Of a stretch of DNA of 64,000 nucleotides, positions 49,112 to 58,792 are shown piece after piece. This stretch comes from an uncultured Clostridia bacterium (GTDB lineage Bacteria; Bacillota; Clostridia; UBA1381). The notes beneath the pieces were generated by a model that saw only the letters and a list, made by a program, of their open reading frames with translations, was not told where the DNA came from and did not search any database. Numbering within the stretch: the stretch's first letter is position 1; every line of letters starts with the position of its first letter. Location: assembly GCA_910579415.1 (NCBI GenBank), contig CAJTUY010000001.1, positions 39,864 through 103,863 on the forward strand, read 5' to 3'. A program made the position numbers and the translations under genes.

Positions 49112-52100
49112 TTGGACAGAAGCACAGGCAGAGGCAATATATGAGCCTTCCGGAGAAGGCAGCATACTTGTATCGGCGGCGGCGGGTTCGGGAAAAACCG
49201 CAGTGCTTGTCGAGCGTATCGCAAATATGATTTTAAACGGCGGCGTTTCAATAGACGAGCTTTTAATCGTAACCTTTACAGAAGCGGCTTCGGCTGAAAT
49301 GAAGGAGCGTATAATATCGCGTATAAACGATGCGTATAAGGAAGCTGTGCGAACAGGAAATACGGGAAAAAGCAGGTATCTGAAAGAGCAGATGCGTCTT
49401 ACTCCAAATGCGGATATAAATACGATTGACGCGTTTTGTCTTGGTGTTGTAAAGAATAATTTTCATATACTCGGTATAGATGCAGGTTTTGGAATTATGG
49501 ATAAAAATGAGGGCGGAATACTTATGGACGATACAATGTCCGAGCTGTTTCTGTCGCTTTATATTGAGGGTGATGAGCGTTTTGTGCGCCTTGTAAATAC
49601 ATATGCTTCAAATCGTGACGACGAGGGCTTAAAAAGTGTTGTGCGGAAGGTGTATAATTTTTCGCAGTCATTTCCCGAACCTCAGAAATGGCGCAGGGAA
49701 AAGGCTAATATGTACAGCAGTGATATGACTGAAAGTATATGGCTGCGTGAGATTATTATGAGCGGTAAAAGAGAGTATATCGTAAAGCGATTTAAACCGG
49801 AATGGAATACGCTGCTTGAACAGATGACAAAGCAGGTGGAAATATCGTGCGGTGTAACCTTTGACAGCGAGCTTTTGCCTGAAGAAATACACGAGGCGGA
49901 AACTTACTGGGGTAAGGTATGGAAAAATGTATGCGCCTGCAAAAGAGCGTGCGATGTTTTGGAAACGGCTGATACATGGGATAAGCTTCACAGCTTTTAT
50001 AAGACATATATTGAAAAGAAGTCATATCTCGGCATGGCGATGAATAAAATTCCGTCAGACAAGGAAGCGCAGGACGATATATGGCAGGAATATTATGACA
50101 GATATAATGAGCTTCGTGATTTCTTCCGCAATGAATGTATGAAGCTGCCTATGCAGGATAAGGATGGGTATAACGAGTATGTACATGGGGCAGAAATCAA
50201 GCAGGCGGTAGATGATATAGTATGGCTTACAGACAGATTTGACGAAAGCTTTACAGAGAAAAAGAGCCGGCGTAACGTCAAGTCTTTTTCGGATATTGAG
50301 CATCTTACTTATAAGCTGTTCAGCGAAAACGAAAATATACGCGGAGAATATTCAGAAAAGTACAGGGAAATACTTATAGATGAATTTCAGGATACAAACG
50401 GTTTGCAGGATGCTATATTCACATCAATTTCGCGGAGCGGCAAAAATATGTTTATGGTTGGTGACCTGAAGCAAAGTATTTACGGTTTTCGCGGAGGCGA
50501 CCCGACAATATTCAAGCGTAAAAGCCGCAGTTATACCGAAAAAAGCAGCGACGGAAAGCTTATCAGATTATCTCAGAATTTCAGAAGCCGCCGTGAGGTT
50601 ATAGAAAGCATCAATACATTGTTCGGAGCTGTTATGTCAGACGAGGTGGGAGATGTAATATATACTGACGGTGAGGAATTAAAGCGTGATAAAGACAGGG
50701 AGTGCTATACAGAAGTATCAGACCATCCGATGAATATGCAGACAGGCTATAATTCCGAGCTTTACCGCATTGCGGTGACAGACAGCGGCGATGAAATTAC
50801 GGCAGAGAAAGCCGAAGCAGCATTCATAGCTGATAAGATTAACGAGCTTGTAAACAGTCATTATCAGGTTTATGACAGAAAAAAAGGTTACCGCGACATA
50901 GAATACCGTGATATTGTGATTTTGGTAAGAAGTATAAAAAGCTTCGGTTCTGTTATGAGCGATATGCTTGAAAAACGCGGAATATCCTCGTTTGTACAGA
51001 AGGAGGAATATTTTGAACGCCGTGAAATAAAGCTGATGCTTTCACTTATATCGCTTATAAACAATCATATGCAGGACATACCTCTTGCGGCTGTTATGCG
51101 TTCGCCGATAGGTAATTTCACAGATAACGAGCTTGCGCGCATTAAAATCGGCAGCCGTGCGGGTTCATTTTATAAAGCGGTTAAGAGCTATAAGGCAAGG
51201 GAAAGTCATATTTCCGACGAGGATAAGAAGCTTCAGACTAAATGCAGGCGATTTATAGGCGACCTTGACCGCTGGAGAGGGTATGTCAAGATGAAGTCTA
51301 TTGCGGCGCTTATATGGACGCTGTATGAGGAAACAGGTTTTTATGACCTTATGGGCGCGTTGGAGGGCGGCGAGGAGGCTCAGGCAAATCTGAGGCTTCT
51401 TTATGAACGCGCGAAAAAATATGAAAATTCAGGCTTTAAGGGTATATTTAATTTTATCCGCTATATTGAGCGAATGGAAAACAGGAACGAGGATATAGCA
51501 GGCGCAAAGCTGGTTAATGAAAGCCATAATGTTGTAAGAATTATGACTATTCATAAGAGTAAGGGGCTTGAATTTCCTGTTGTATTTCTTGCTCGTACGA
51601 CAAAGCGGTTTGTCTTTACAAATCCGCGTGATGAAAACAGAATAATGCTGCACAGAGAACTCGGAATTGGTATCGATTACTATAATTACGAGGATATGTA
51701 CTGCAAGAAGCTTGTATTTAATGAATATATAAAGGAAGCGAATAAAAGAGAGTTTCTTTCTGAGGAAATGCGTCTTTTGTACGTTGCCGCTACACGCGCA
51801 AAGGAAAAGCTTATAGTAACCGCATCAAATGTCTATAAAGACGATGACGCTGTAAACGAGCAAATATCTGAGTGGCATGAACAGTATTATAATAAAAAGC
51901 TTATGGGACGCGTGAGCGAAAACGCGCGTTCGTATGCCGATTGGATAATACCTGCCGTAGAAAGCAGCGGTAAAGGGTGGAAGTGCTGTGATACAGTGAT
52001 GTCATCTGTTGAATATGAGGAGGACAAAGAGGACGGGGAAAAGGAAATAGTTATTGAAAATCCTGATAAAATGCGTGAATATGTAAGGCAAATTCTTGAA

Positions 52101-52805
52101 TTTGAATATGCATATCCTGAAAGCGGCGCAATTCCTGCAAAAACATCCGTAACCGCGATAAAGGAAATGGAGGACAGGGAAATGCCGCGTTCTGAGGACC
52201 CTGTGTATATGACACAGAAGCCGCAGTTTATGCGAACGGAAATGCTCGGTGCGCAGATAGGTACGGCGCATCATCAGGTAATGGCGTTTATAGATATAGA
52301 CAGGCTTCGTGAAAGCGATGAAAATGATTATGCTGAAATTATCATGCAGGAAATTAAACGGATATCAGACGAAGGACAGCTTGAAGCGGCGGTTATGTCT
52401 GACAGTAAGGTAACGGAAACAATCTGCCGTAATGTATGCGCATTTTTTAAGAGCGATATGGGTAAGGCTGTGTTCAAGGCGAAGCGTATTTATCGTGAAA
52501 AACCGTTTGAAATCAGTATTTCAGCGCATGAATACGATGCTTCGCTGTCGGAGGCATATGACGGTGAAAAAATAATCGTGCAGGGAATTATCGACCTGTA
52601 TTTTGAAGACAGCGCAGGCAATATAACGCTTGTGGATTATAAAACCGATTACTGCAAAACGCAGGAGGAACAGGCGGCGGTTGCGAAAAAATATGCCAGA
52701 CAGCTTGAATTATACGGACAAGCTATGGAGAAAATATTGAAAAAATCGGTAAACAAGAAATATTTATATTTATTTTCCGCGCAGAGTGTGATAGAATTAG
52801 ATTAA
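49104..52805 (+). CDS. addA: ATP-dependent helicase/nuclease subunit A
   Basis: AAAGSGKT, IDEFQD, GDLKQSIY, TIHKSKGLE, QGIIDL/VDYK. Confidence 0.94.
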   Translation: MADWTEAQAEAIYEPSGEGSILVSAAAGSGKTAVLVERIANMILNGGVSIDELLIVTFTEAASAEMKERIISRINDAYKEAVRTGNTGKSRYLKEQMRLTPNADINTIDAFCLGVVKNNFHILGIDAGFGIMDKNEGGILMDDTMSELFLSLYIEGDERFVRLVNTYASNRDDEGLKSVVRKVYNFSQSFPEPQKWRREKANMYSSDMTESIWLREIIMSGKREYIVKRFKPEWNTLLEQMTKQVEISCGVTFDSELLPEEIHEAETYWGKVWKNVCACKRACDVLETADTWDKLHSFYKTYIEKKSYLGMAMNKIPSDKEAQDDIWQEYYDRYNELRDFFRNECMKLPMQDKDGYNEYVHGAEIKQAVDDIVWLTDRFDESFTEKKSRRNVKSFSDIEHLTYKLFSENENIRGEYSEKYREILIDEFQDTNGLQDAIFTSISRSGKNMFMVGDLKQSIYGFRGGDPTIFKRKSRSYTEKSSDGKLIRLSQNFRSRREVIESINTLFGAVMSDEVGDVIYTDGEELKRDKDRECYTEVSDHPMNMQTGYNSELYRIAVTDSGDEITAEKAEAAFIADKINELVNSHYQVYDRKKGYRDIEYRDIVILVRSIKSFGSVMSDMLEKRGISSFVQKEEYFERREIKLMLSLISLINNHMQDIPLAAVMRSPIGNFTDNELARIKIGSRAGSFYKAVKSYKARESHISDEDKKLQTKCRRFIGDLDRWRGYVKMKSIAALIWTLYEETGFYDLMGALEGGEEAQANLRLLYERAKKYENSGFKGIFNFIRYIERMENRNEDIAGAKLVNESHNVVRIMTIHKSKGLEFPVVFLARTTKRFVFTNPRDENRIMLHRELGIGIDYYNYEDMYCKKLVFNEYIKEANKREFLSEEMRLLYVAATRAKEKLIVTASNVYKDDDAVNEQISEWHEQYYNKKLMGRVSENARSYADWIIPAVESSGKGWKCCDTVMSSVEYEEDKEDGEKEIVIENPDKMREYVRQILEFEYAYPESGAIPAKTSVTAIKEMEDREMPRSEDPVYMTQKPQFMRTEMLGAQIGTAHHQVMAFIDIDRLRESDENDYAEIIMQEIKRISDEGQLEAAVMSDSKVTETICRNVCAFFKSDMGKAVFKAKRIYREKPFEISISAHEYDASLSEAYDGEKIIVQGIIDLYFEDSAGNITLVDYKTDYCKTQEEQAAVAKKYARQLELYGQAMEKILKKSVNKKYLYLFSAQSVIELD

Positions 52806-52827
52806 CAATAAGTCAGAGGTGATATAG

Positions 52828-53172
52828 ATGGCACAGTACGGGAATTTCAATGTGAACAAAAGAAGCAGAGGTAAAAAAATAGCGATAGCGGCGGCAATTA
52901 TTGCTGCGGCGTTTGTTATTTTGATTTATATAATAGGTATATTTACGGGCGGCGGAAATGCCGAGCGGGTGTCGTCTGCGGTGGCGGAAAATGTACGTCT
53001 TAAAGAGCAGGTGAGTGAAATGAGCGAGCGTATAGCATTTTTGGAACAGGAAAACGAGGAGCTTGCCGCGCGTATCGCGCTTATGCCTACTCCCGCACCC
53101 ACTGCCGAAGCTCCGCAGGAAACGGTACAGCCCACACCGACACAGAATGTCATGCCTCGCGGCGGAAGATAA
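52828..53172 (+). CDS. Hypothetical bitopic membrane protein with coiled coil and Pro/Thr tail
   Basis: 114-aa ORF with RBS GAGGTG; basic N-terminus, TM helix, heptad repeats. Confidence 0.7.
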   Translation: MAQYGNFNVNKRSRGKKIAIAAAIIAAAFVILIYIIGIFTGGGNAERVSSAVAENVRLKEQVSEMSERIAFLEQENEELAARIALMPTPAPTAEAPQETVQPTPTQNVMPRGGR

Positions 53173-53250
53173 ATTGACTTGTAATTTTAAGCAAAATGTG
53201 GTAAAATATTATGTATAATTAAACTTTACAGAGAAAGGTTATGAAATACT

Positions 53251-54237
53251 ATGAAAATAAGAATTGGAATTTTAGGCTATGGTAATCTCGGGCGCGGCAT
53301 AGAATGCGCCGTTAAGCAAAATGATGATTTAGAGCTTGCAGCAGTGTTTACGCGCCGTAAACCCGATACCGTAAAAATACTTACTGAAGGTGTAGGCGTA
53401 TATTCTGTAAGTAATGTGCCTGAATTTAAGGATAAAATTGACGTTATGATTTTATGCGGCGGAAGCGCTACTGACCTTCCCGAGCAGACGCCCGAATATG
53501 TAAAATACTTTAATGTAATAGACAGCTTTGATACACACGCGAATATTCCCAAGCACTTTAACGCAGTTGACGCGGCGGCAAAGGCAAGCGGCAATGTGGG
53601 TATTATTTCAGTCGGCTGGGATCCGGGCATGTTTTCGCTGAACCGTCTCTATGCCAATGCCATTCTGACAGACGGTGAGGATTATACATTTTGGGGCAAG
53701 GGTGTAAGTCAGGGACATTCGGACGCTATCCGCAGAATAGAAGGAGTTAAGGACGCAAGACAGTATACTGTACCTGTACCTTCAGCGCTTGACGCAGTAA
53801 GAAACGGAGAAAATCCTGCTCTTACCACACGCGATAAGCATACACGTGAGTGTTATGTGGTAGCGGAGGAGGGAGCAGACCTCGACATAATAGAAAACGA
53901 AATCAAGACAATGCCGAACTACTTTGCCGATTATGATACAACTGTACATTTTATTTCGGAAGAGGAGCTTCAAAAGAACCACAGCGGTATTCCTCACGGC
54001 GGTTTTGTTATACGCTGCGGAAAGACAGGCAAGAACGGCGAAAACAAACATATTATAGAATATAGTCTGAAGCTTGATTCAAATCCTGAGTTTACATCAT
54101 CAGTGCTTGTTGCGTATGCAAGAGCCGCATACAGAATGAGCCAAGAAGGACAGAGCGGCTGTAAGACAGTATTTGATGTTGCGCCTGCATATCTGTGCCG
54201 TGAAAGCGGCGAGGAGCTTCGCAGACACTTGCTGTAA
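53251..54237 (+). CDS. ddh: Meso-diaminopimelate dehydrogenase
   Basis: GYGNLG, DSFDTH, GWDPG, TFWGKGVSQGHS, SNPEFT. Confidence 0.95.
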   Translation: MKIRIGILGYGNLGRGIECAVKQNDDLELAAVFTRRKPDTVKILTEGVGVYSVSNVPEFKDKIDVMILCGGSATDLPEQTPEYVKYFNVIDSFDTHANIPKHFNAVDAAAKASGNVGIISVGWDPGMFSLNRLYANAILTDGEDYTFWGKGVSQGHSDAIRRIEGVKDARQYTVPVPSALDAVRNGENPALTTRDKHTRECYVVAEEGADLDIIENEIKTMPNYFADYDTTVHFISEEELQKNHSGIPHGGFVIRCGKTGKNGENKHIIEYSLKLDSNPEFTSSVLVAYARAAYRMSQEGQSGCKTVFDVAPAYLCRESGEELRRHLL

Positions 54238-54264
54238 TCCGATTTTAAGAAAGGATGGAGTGTT

Positions 54265-54747
54265 ATGGCGGACAATAACCGCAAGAGCAAAAGATTAAAA
54301 GATTTAGAATATAATGTATATAAGGCAAATTCTGAGGATACTAATATAAATTTTAATAATAACAGCGGTTGCATGACATTATTGGCAGGTCTTGTAATAA
54401 CAATCCTTGTATGTGTTGTAATAATGGGTGCTATGCAGATAGGCAGAAATGGTCCTGCGCTTACCTGCGCAGCACAGGGATGCAGTAACAGAGTGAAAAC
54501 GGGCAGTAAATACTGCTGGCTTCACAGCGCAAACAGTACAAAAACACGCAGACCATCTTCCTCATCGGGAGGTTCGGTGTTTGACAAAGGAACGGTTGAA
54601 ACGCCCAGTCCCGAAAATTACAAGAAACGTAAAATATATTCGGGTGTCGGCGAGGATAATCAGACAGACAGTAAATCTGACAGCATGAACAAATCCAATG
54701 GAAAGGGGTCGTATAATGGAGGACAGAACGGAGCTATTGGTCAATAA
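54265..54747 (+). CDS. Hypothetical membrane-anchored protein with C3H motif
   Basis: RBS GGAG; TM helix followed by CAAQGC...YCWLH and a low-complexity tail. Confidence 0.6.
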   Translation: MADNNRKSKRLKDLEYNVYKANSEDTNINFNNNSGCMTLLAGLVITILVCVVIMGAMQIGRNGPALTCAAQGCSNRVKTGSKYCWLHSANSTKTRRPSSSSGGSVFDKGTVETPSPENYKKRKIYSGVGEDNQTDSKSDSMNKSNGKGSYNGGQNGAIGQ

Positions 54748-55618
54748 ATTATTGCGGAGTTATGATAAGTATGACAATATCTGCCGTATTGACGCGGAAA
54801 GCATGCTTTCCAAGAATACGCTTATTGAGATTGTCGAGGAGATACGCAAGATTTTGTTTCCCGGTTTTTTTGATAACAGTCAGGGCAGAAGTGAATATAT
54901 AAAATTTCTTGTAGGAGAAAGGCTGGAGTTTATACAGTATAATCTGCAAAAACAAATTGCAAAAACATTGGGAAGTCAGGACTTGTGCAGTAATTGCCGG
55001 CAGTCTGCAATCAATGCAAAAGCTGAGGATATTGTATACCGTTTTCTTGAGCGTCTTGACGTTATACGCGAATATTTACATACGGATATAGAAGCGGCAT
55101 ATGACGGCGACCCTGCCGCATACAGTACGGATGAGATAATATTTTCATATCCGGGAGTGTTTGCGATTACGGTATACAGAATTGCGCATGAGCTTTGGCT
55201 TCTTGGCGTTCCGATGATACCTCGTATTATGACCGAGTACGCGCATAGCGTGACGGGAATAGATATTCATCCGGGCGCCGAAATCGGGAAATATTTCTTT
55301 ATAGATCATGGCACAGGCATTGTTATCGGTGAAACTACGGTTATCGGCGATAATGTAAAGATTTATCAGGGAGTAACACTCGGCGCGCTTTCAACCCGTA
55401 AGGGTCAGGAATTAAAGGGAGTTAAACGCCATCCGACAATAGGCGATAATGTCACGATTTATTCGGGTACTACAATTCTCGGCGGCGATACGGTAATCGG
55501 AAACGATGCAACAATAGGCGGTAATGCGTTTATAGTAAGCTCGGTATCTGAGGGAATGAAAGTAAGTGTGAAAAATCCTGAGCTTCAGTTCACGCGCGGA
55601 AATTCATCTGAAATATAA
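54716..55618 (+). CDS. cysE: Serine O-acetyltransferase
   Basis: [32 protein letters not shown]. Confidence 0.9.
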   Translation: MEDRTELLVNKLLRSYDKYDNICRIDAESMLSKNTLIEIVEEIRKILFPGFFDNSQGRSEYIKFLVGERLEFIQYNLQKQIAKTLGSQDLCSNCRQSAINAKAEDIVYRFLERLDVIREYLHTDIEAAYDGDPAAYSTDEIIFSYPGVFAITVYRIAHELWLLGVPMIPRIMTEYAHSVTGIDIHPGAEIGKYFFIDHGTGIVIGETTVIGDNVKIYQGVTLGALSTRKGQELKGVKRHPTIGDNVTIYSGTTILGGDTVIGNDATIGGNAFIVSSVSEGMKVSVKNPELQFTRGNSSEI

Positions 55619-55624
55619 AAGAAT

Positions 55625-55655
55625 AAAGACTGTCCTGAAAAAGGGCAGTCTTTTT
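55625..55655. terminator. Terminator between convergent genes
   Basis: AAAGACTGTCCT-GAAA-AGGGCAGTCTTTTT. Confidence 0.8.
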
Positions 55656-55674
55656 ATCAAAAAAACCAAATTTT

Positions 55675-56487
55675 TTAAAACTCCATTGTAAGACCGACAT
55701 GCAGCTTGTGTATAATACCGCCCAGTTCAGCCTGTAAGATGTCATAAGCCCTTTGTCCCGTACAATGACCGGTGCATAAGTAGCCGACATTTGTTTCGCG
55801 TATTTTACCGGCAAATTCCCGTATTTCATTTTCGCTTTTATTGAAAAGATGAAAACCACCAATAAGCGCATATACATGCTTGTCGGGGAATGCGGAACTG
55901 ACCTCGCGGATTATCGTGCTTGCGCCTCCGTGAGAACAGCTGTTGAAAATCACAAGACCTTTTTCGGTGTCAAATACCAGAGTTTGTTCATGGGAAAAAC
56001 TGTCGGGAAGCCACTTTCCGTCTGTTTTAACGTACATTTTTTCACGCAATCCGATACTGTCAAGTCCGTCGGTTGTATGAGGAATAAGATATACGCCGTC
56101 ACAAAGCATGTATTTGCCGTCTATAAAAACAATTCTGTCACTGTATTTTTTTAATGTGCCTTTGGAAATACCTATGTATTTATGAAAGATAAATTTTTTG
56201 CGGTAACAGTTTTCATCTGCGGTCTTTTGAAGATAAAACTTTGCCCTGCTGTTTTTCTCAAAAAAGTATTGCATTCCGTTTGCGTGGTCGCTGTGCGCAT
56301 GGGATAAAACTGCCATATCAATATCGTCAAGGTTAATGCCGAAGGCTTCGGCATTGCGTGCAAACAATGCAGAGGCGCCTGTGTCGAGAAGTATTTTTTT
56401 GTCATTGTATTCAATATATACACACAATCCCCATTCGCCGCTGACATTTCCGTCGGAAATATTGTCTACTATAATTTTTGCCTTCAT
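55675..56487 (-). CDS. MBL-fold metallo-hydrolase (DHPS/Tflp-like)
   Basis: LLDTG, LSHAHSDH, CSHGG, IGGFHL, GHCTG. Confidence 0.87.
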   Translation of the reverse strand: MKAKIIVDNISDGNVSGEWGLCVYIEYNDKKILLDTGASALFARNAEAFGINLDDIDMAVLSHAHSDHANGMQYFFEKNSRAKFYLQKTADENCYRKKFIFHKYIGISKGTLKKYSDRIVFIDGKYMLCDGVYLIPHTTDGLDSIGLREKMYVKTDGKWLPDSFSHEQTLVFDTEKGLVIFNSCSHGGASTIIREVSSAFPDKHVYALIGGFHLFNKSENEIREFAGKIRETNVGYLCTGHCTGQRAYDILQAELGGIIHKLHVGLTMEF

Positions 56488-56558
56488 GGTTTATCCTCCT
56501 GAATGATTTGTCTTTAAATCAAATTATATACTTTTAATCGCTTTTTTGTCAAGCTGTA

Positions 56559-56587
56559 TTTACAAACAATAAATTATGTGTTATAAT
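56559..56587 (+). promoter_or_regulatory. SigA-type promoter of the structured leader and orphan ORF
   Basis: TTTACA-17-TATAAT with extended TG. Confidence 0.7.
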
Positions 56588-56592
56588 AATCG

Positions 56593-56760
56593 TGCAACAC
56601 AAATCTGAATATTGGACATTTTATCATGTAAGTATGTTTTTTGTTTGTCAAAAATACATGCTCTATTTCGCATACTTGCATGAGTGTCGAGATTTGTGTT
56701 GCAACAAATTGAGCAATGTGTTTTTTATGCGTTGCTCAGGCAGCGCATTTTTTAATGCGC
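56593..56760 (+). ncRNA. Putative structured leader RNA (three hairpins)
   Basis: 14-bp perfect basal stem plus 13-bp inner stem, then two more hairpins; G-U pairs favour the + strand. Confidence 0.6.
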
Positions 56761-56788
56761 AGAAACAAAAGAAAGGAGAATAATAAAA

Positions 56789-57112
56789 ATGAAGGAAAAT
56801 AAAACAAGTCCGGAGCATGCAAGATACGTGATGAGATGGGCAGGTATTCATCATAAGTATTGGAGGACAATTTGTACTCCAAATGACGAGTTTGTTCCGG
56901 AGGACATGAGAATGACACCGGATGTAATGAAAAGGCTTATTCAGCATTTTCATAAGAAGTCAATGGATGAGCTTATTATTGTAATGCTTACTGTTCATCG
57001 CAATGAACCGTTTGTAAGTGATTTATTGTCAAAACTGTCAAATCGTATGATTAGTCAGCTTTGGAATAATGAAAGTGAAACCGTCATAGAAAGAATAGTC
57101 AGTTACTTATAA
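56789..57112 (+). CDS. Hypothetical 107-aa protein
   Basis: Strong RBS GAAAGGAG, own promoter and terminator; no recognised motif. Confidence 0.75.
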   Translation: MKENKTSPEHARYVMRWAGIHHKYWRTICTPNDEFVPEDMRMTPDVMKRLIQHFHKKSMDELIIVMLTVHRNEPFVSDLLSKLSNRMISQLWNNESETVIERIVSYL

Positions 57113-57114
57113 AC

Positions 57115-57148
57115 AAAAAAGCTGCTGTAAATATAACAGCAGCTTTTT
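57115..57148. terminator. Bidirectional terminator
   Basis: AAAAAAGCTGCTGT-loop-ACAGCAGCTTTTT. Confidence 0.88.
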
Positions 57149-57153
57149 GACGT

Positions 57154-58626
57154 TTACTCTCTTTCCATACCCACAGACATAAATTCATGATTTTCAAGCA
57201 TTTCCGTAATGTTGTCATCCTCCTTGCCCTTGATTTTTTTCATTCTTGCGGTTTTTAGCTGAGGCATTGGCGCAATAGAACCGGGACCTGCCATACAGCC
57301 GCCTTCGCAAGCCATACCTTCAATAATATCCTCAGGCAGCTTGTTTACGCTTAGCATTGCAAGCGCAACTTTACATTCTTTAAGACCGCTGCATCCTTTA
57401 GCCTTAATAGCATCGGTACATCCCATTTCCTCGACAGCCTTCATAACCGCTTCGGTTACGCCGCCGGCGCCTGAGAAGCGTCTGCCGTATGAGGTTGCTT
57501 CGGTTGGAGCTTCCTGACAGTTGGCAGGATCAATGCGGCGCGCGTCAAACATCGCGTTAAGCTCCTCAAATGTCATAACCGCATCGGGACTGCCATCAAC
57601 TCCGAATTTCGCCTCTTCCTTTTTCGCCATACACGGACCTATAAATACTATGTATGCGTCAGGAATATTATCGCGTATCCACCGTACGGTTGCGACCATA
57701 GGTGAAACGGTATTTGACATTTTTTCAACAAGCTTTGGGTAATGCTTTCTTATAAGCGTTACAAATGCAGGACAACAGGAGGTTGTCATCTTTTCGCCTT
57801 TTTCATGGTTTTCGATAAGCTCTTTCGCCTCGTTATAGGCAACAGCGTCCGCACCGAGCGCAACCTCAACCACCTCATCAAAACCAAGCTCCTTAAGAGC
57901 TGTAATCATACGTCCTATCGTTGCGTCCATACCGAACTGTCCCTCAACTGCCGGAGCAGGAATAGCTACGGTTTTTACATTCTTGTCATTTATTTTACTG
58001 ATTACTTCCGTTATCTGCGACATATCGGATATAGCGCCGAACGGACATGCTGCCGCGCAGTGACCGCAGCTTACACATTTGCTTTCATCAATTGTAGCAA
58101 GCTTATCGCCGCCGATTGTAATTGCGCCGACGTCACAGCTTCTCTTACAGGGACGCATAAGGTCGGCAATTGCATGATACGGGCATGCTTCCGCGCATTT
58201 TCCGCATTCACGGCATTTTGTCTGGTCTATGTATGCACCTCTGCCGGTTATTGTAATAGCGCCGAATGCGCATGCGTTCTGGCATGATTTAGCCATACAT
58301 TTCTGGCAGTTTTCCGTAACCTGGAAGCGGTTAATCGGACAGCCTTCGCATGCGGCGGGAATAACCTGAATAGTATTGCTCTTAATTTCAATGTTTTCTA
58401 CATTATGTACGGGAATAGGGGGTTTACCCATTGCAAGACGTACACGTTGTCTTATTATTTCCCTTTCCTTATATACACAGCAGCGGAATCTCGGCGTTGC
58501 GGTGGGTATAATTTTAAAGGGGATATTATCAATATTTTCATCTGTCAGCCCGTCGTTAAAGGCAAGCTCCGAGACGGCTCTTAAAGCCTCATATTTCATT
58601 TGTCTTGTATCTGTATTGCGTTCCAT
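57154..58626 (-). CDS. Monomeric [FeFe] hydrogenase (group B-like) with ferredoxin domains
   Basis: H-cluster motifs TSCCP, PCMAKKEE, EGMACEGGCMAG; several CxxCxxCxxxC; RCCVYKER N-terminal motif. Confidence 0.9.
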   Translation of the reverse strand: MERNTDTRQMKYEALRAVSELAFNDGLTDENIDNIPFKIIPTATPRFRCCVYKEREIIRQRVRLAMGKPPIPVHNVENIEIKSNTIQVIPAACEGCPINRFQVTENCQKCMAKSCQNACAFGAITITGRGAYIDQTKCRECGKCAEACPYHAIADLMRPCKRSCDVGAITIGGDKLATIDESKCVSCGHCAAACPFGAISDMSQITEVISKINDKNVKTVAIPAPAVEGQFGMDATIGRMITALKELGFDEVVEVALGADAVAYNEAKELIENHEKGEKMTTSCCPAFVTLIRKHYPKLVEKMSNTVSPMVATVRWIRDNIPDAYIVFIGPCMAKKEEAKFGVDGSPDAVMTFEELNAMFDARRIDPANCQEAPTEATSYGRRFSGAGGVTEAVMKAVEEMGCTDAIKAKGCSGLKECKVALAMLSVNKLPEDIIEGMACEGGCMAGPGSIAPMPQLKTARMKKIKGKEDDNITEMLENHEFMSVGMERE

Positions 58627-58792
58627 AAATTTTCCACCCTCTTTTTATAATCTCTTATCTTAAATATACACCATTTTTGCTGAAAAGTCAATCACCTAAC
58701 ATATTACATTAGATTTACATTCATGAAATCACTATTGACACACCGCGCATATTGGATTTATAATTATAGTATTGAAAAAGGAGGAGAGTGCG

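Noticed and set aside
45635..52805. Helicase-nuclease pair as a defence system
   Set aside because: Motifs, Fe-S cysteines and gene order match housekeeping AddAB.
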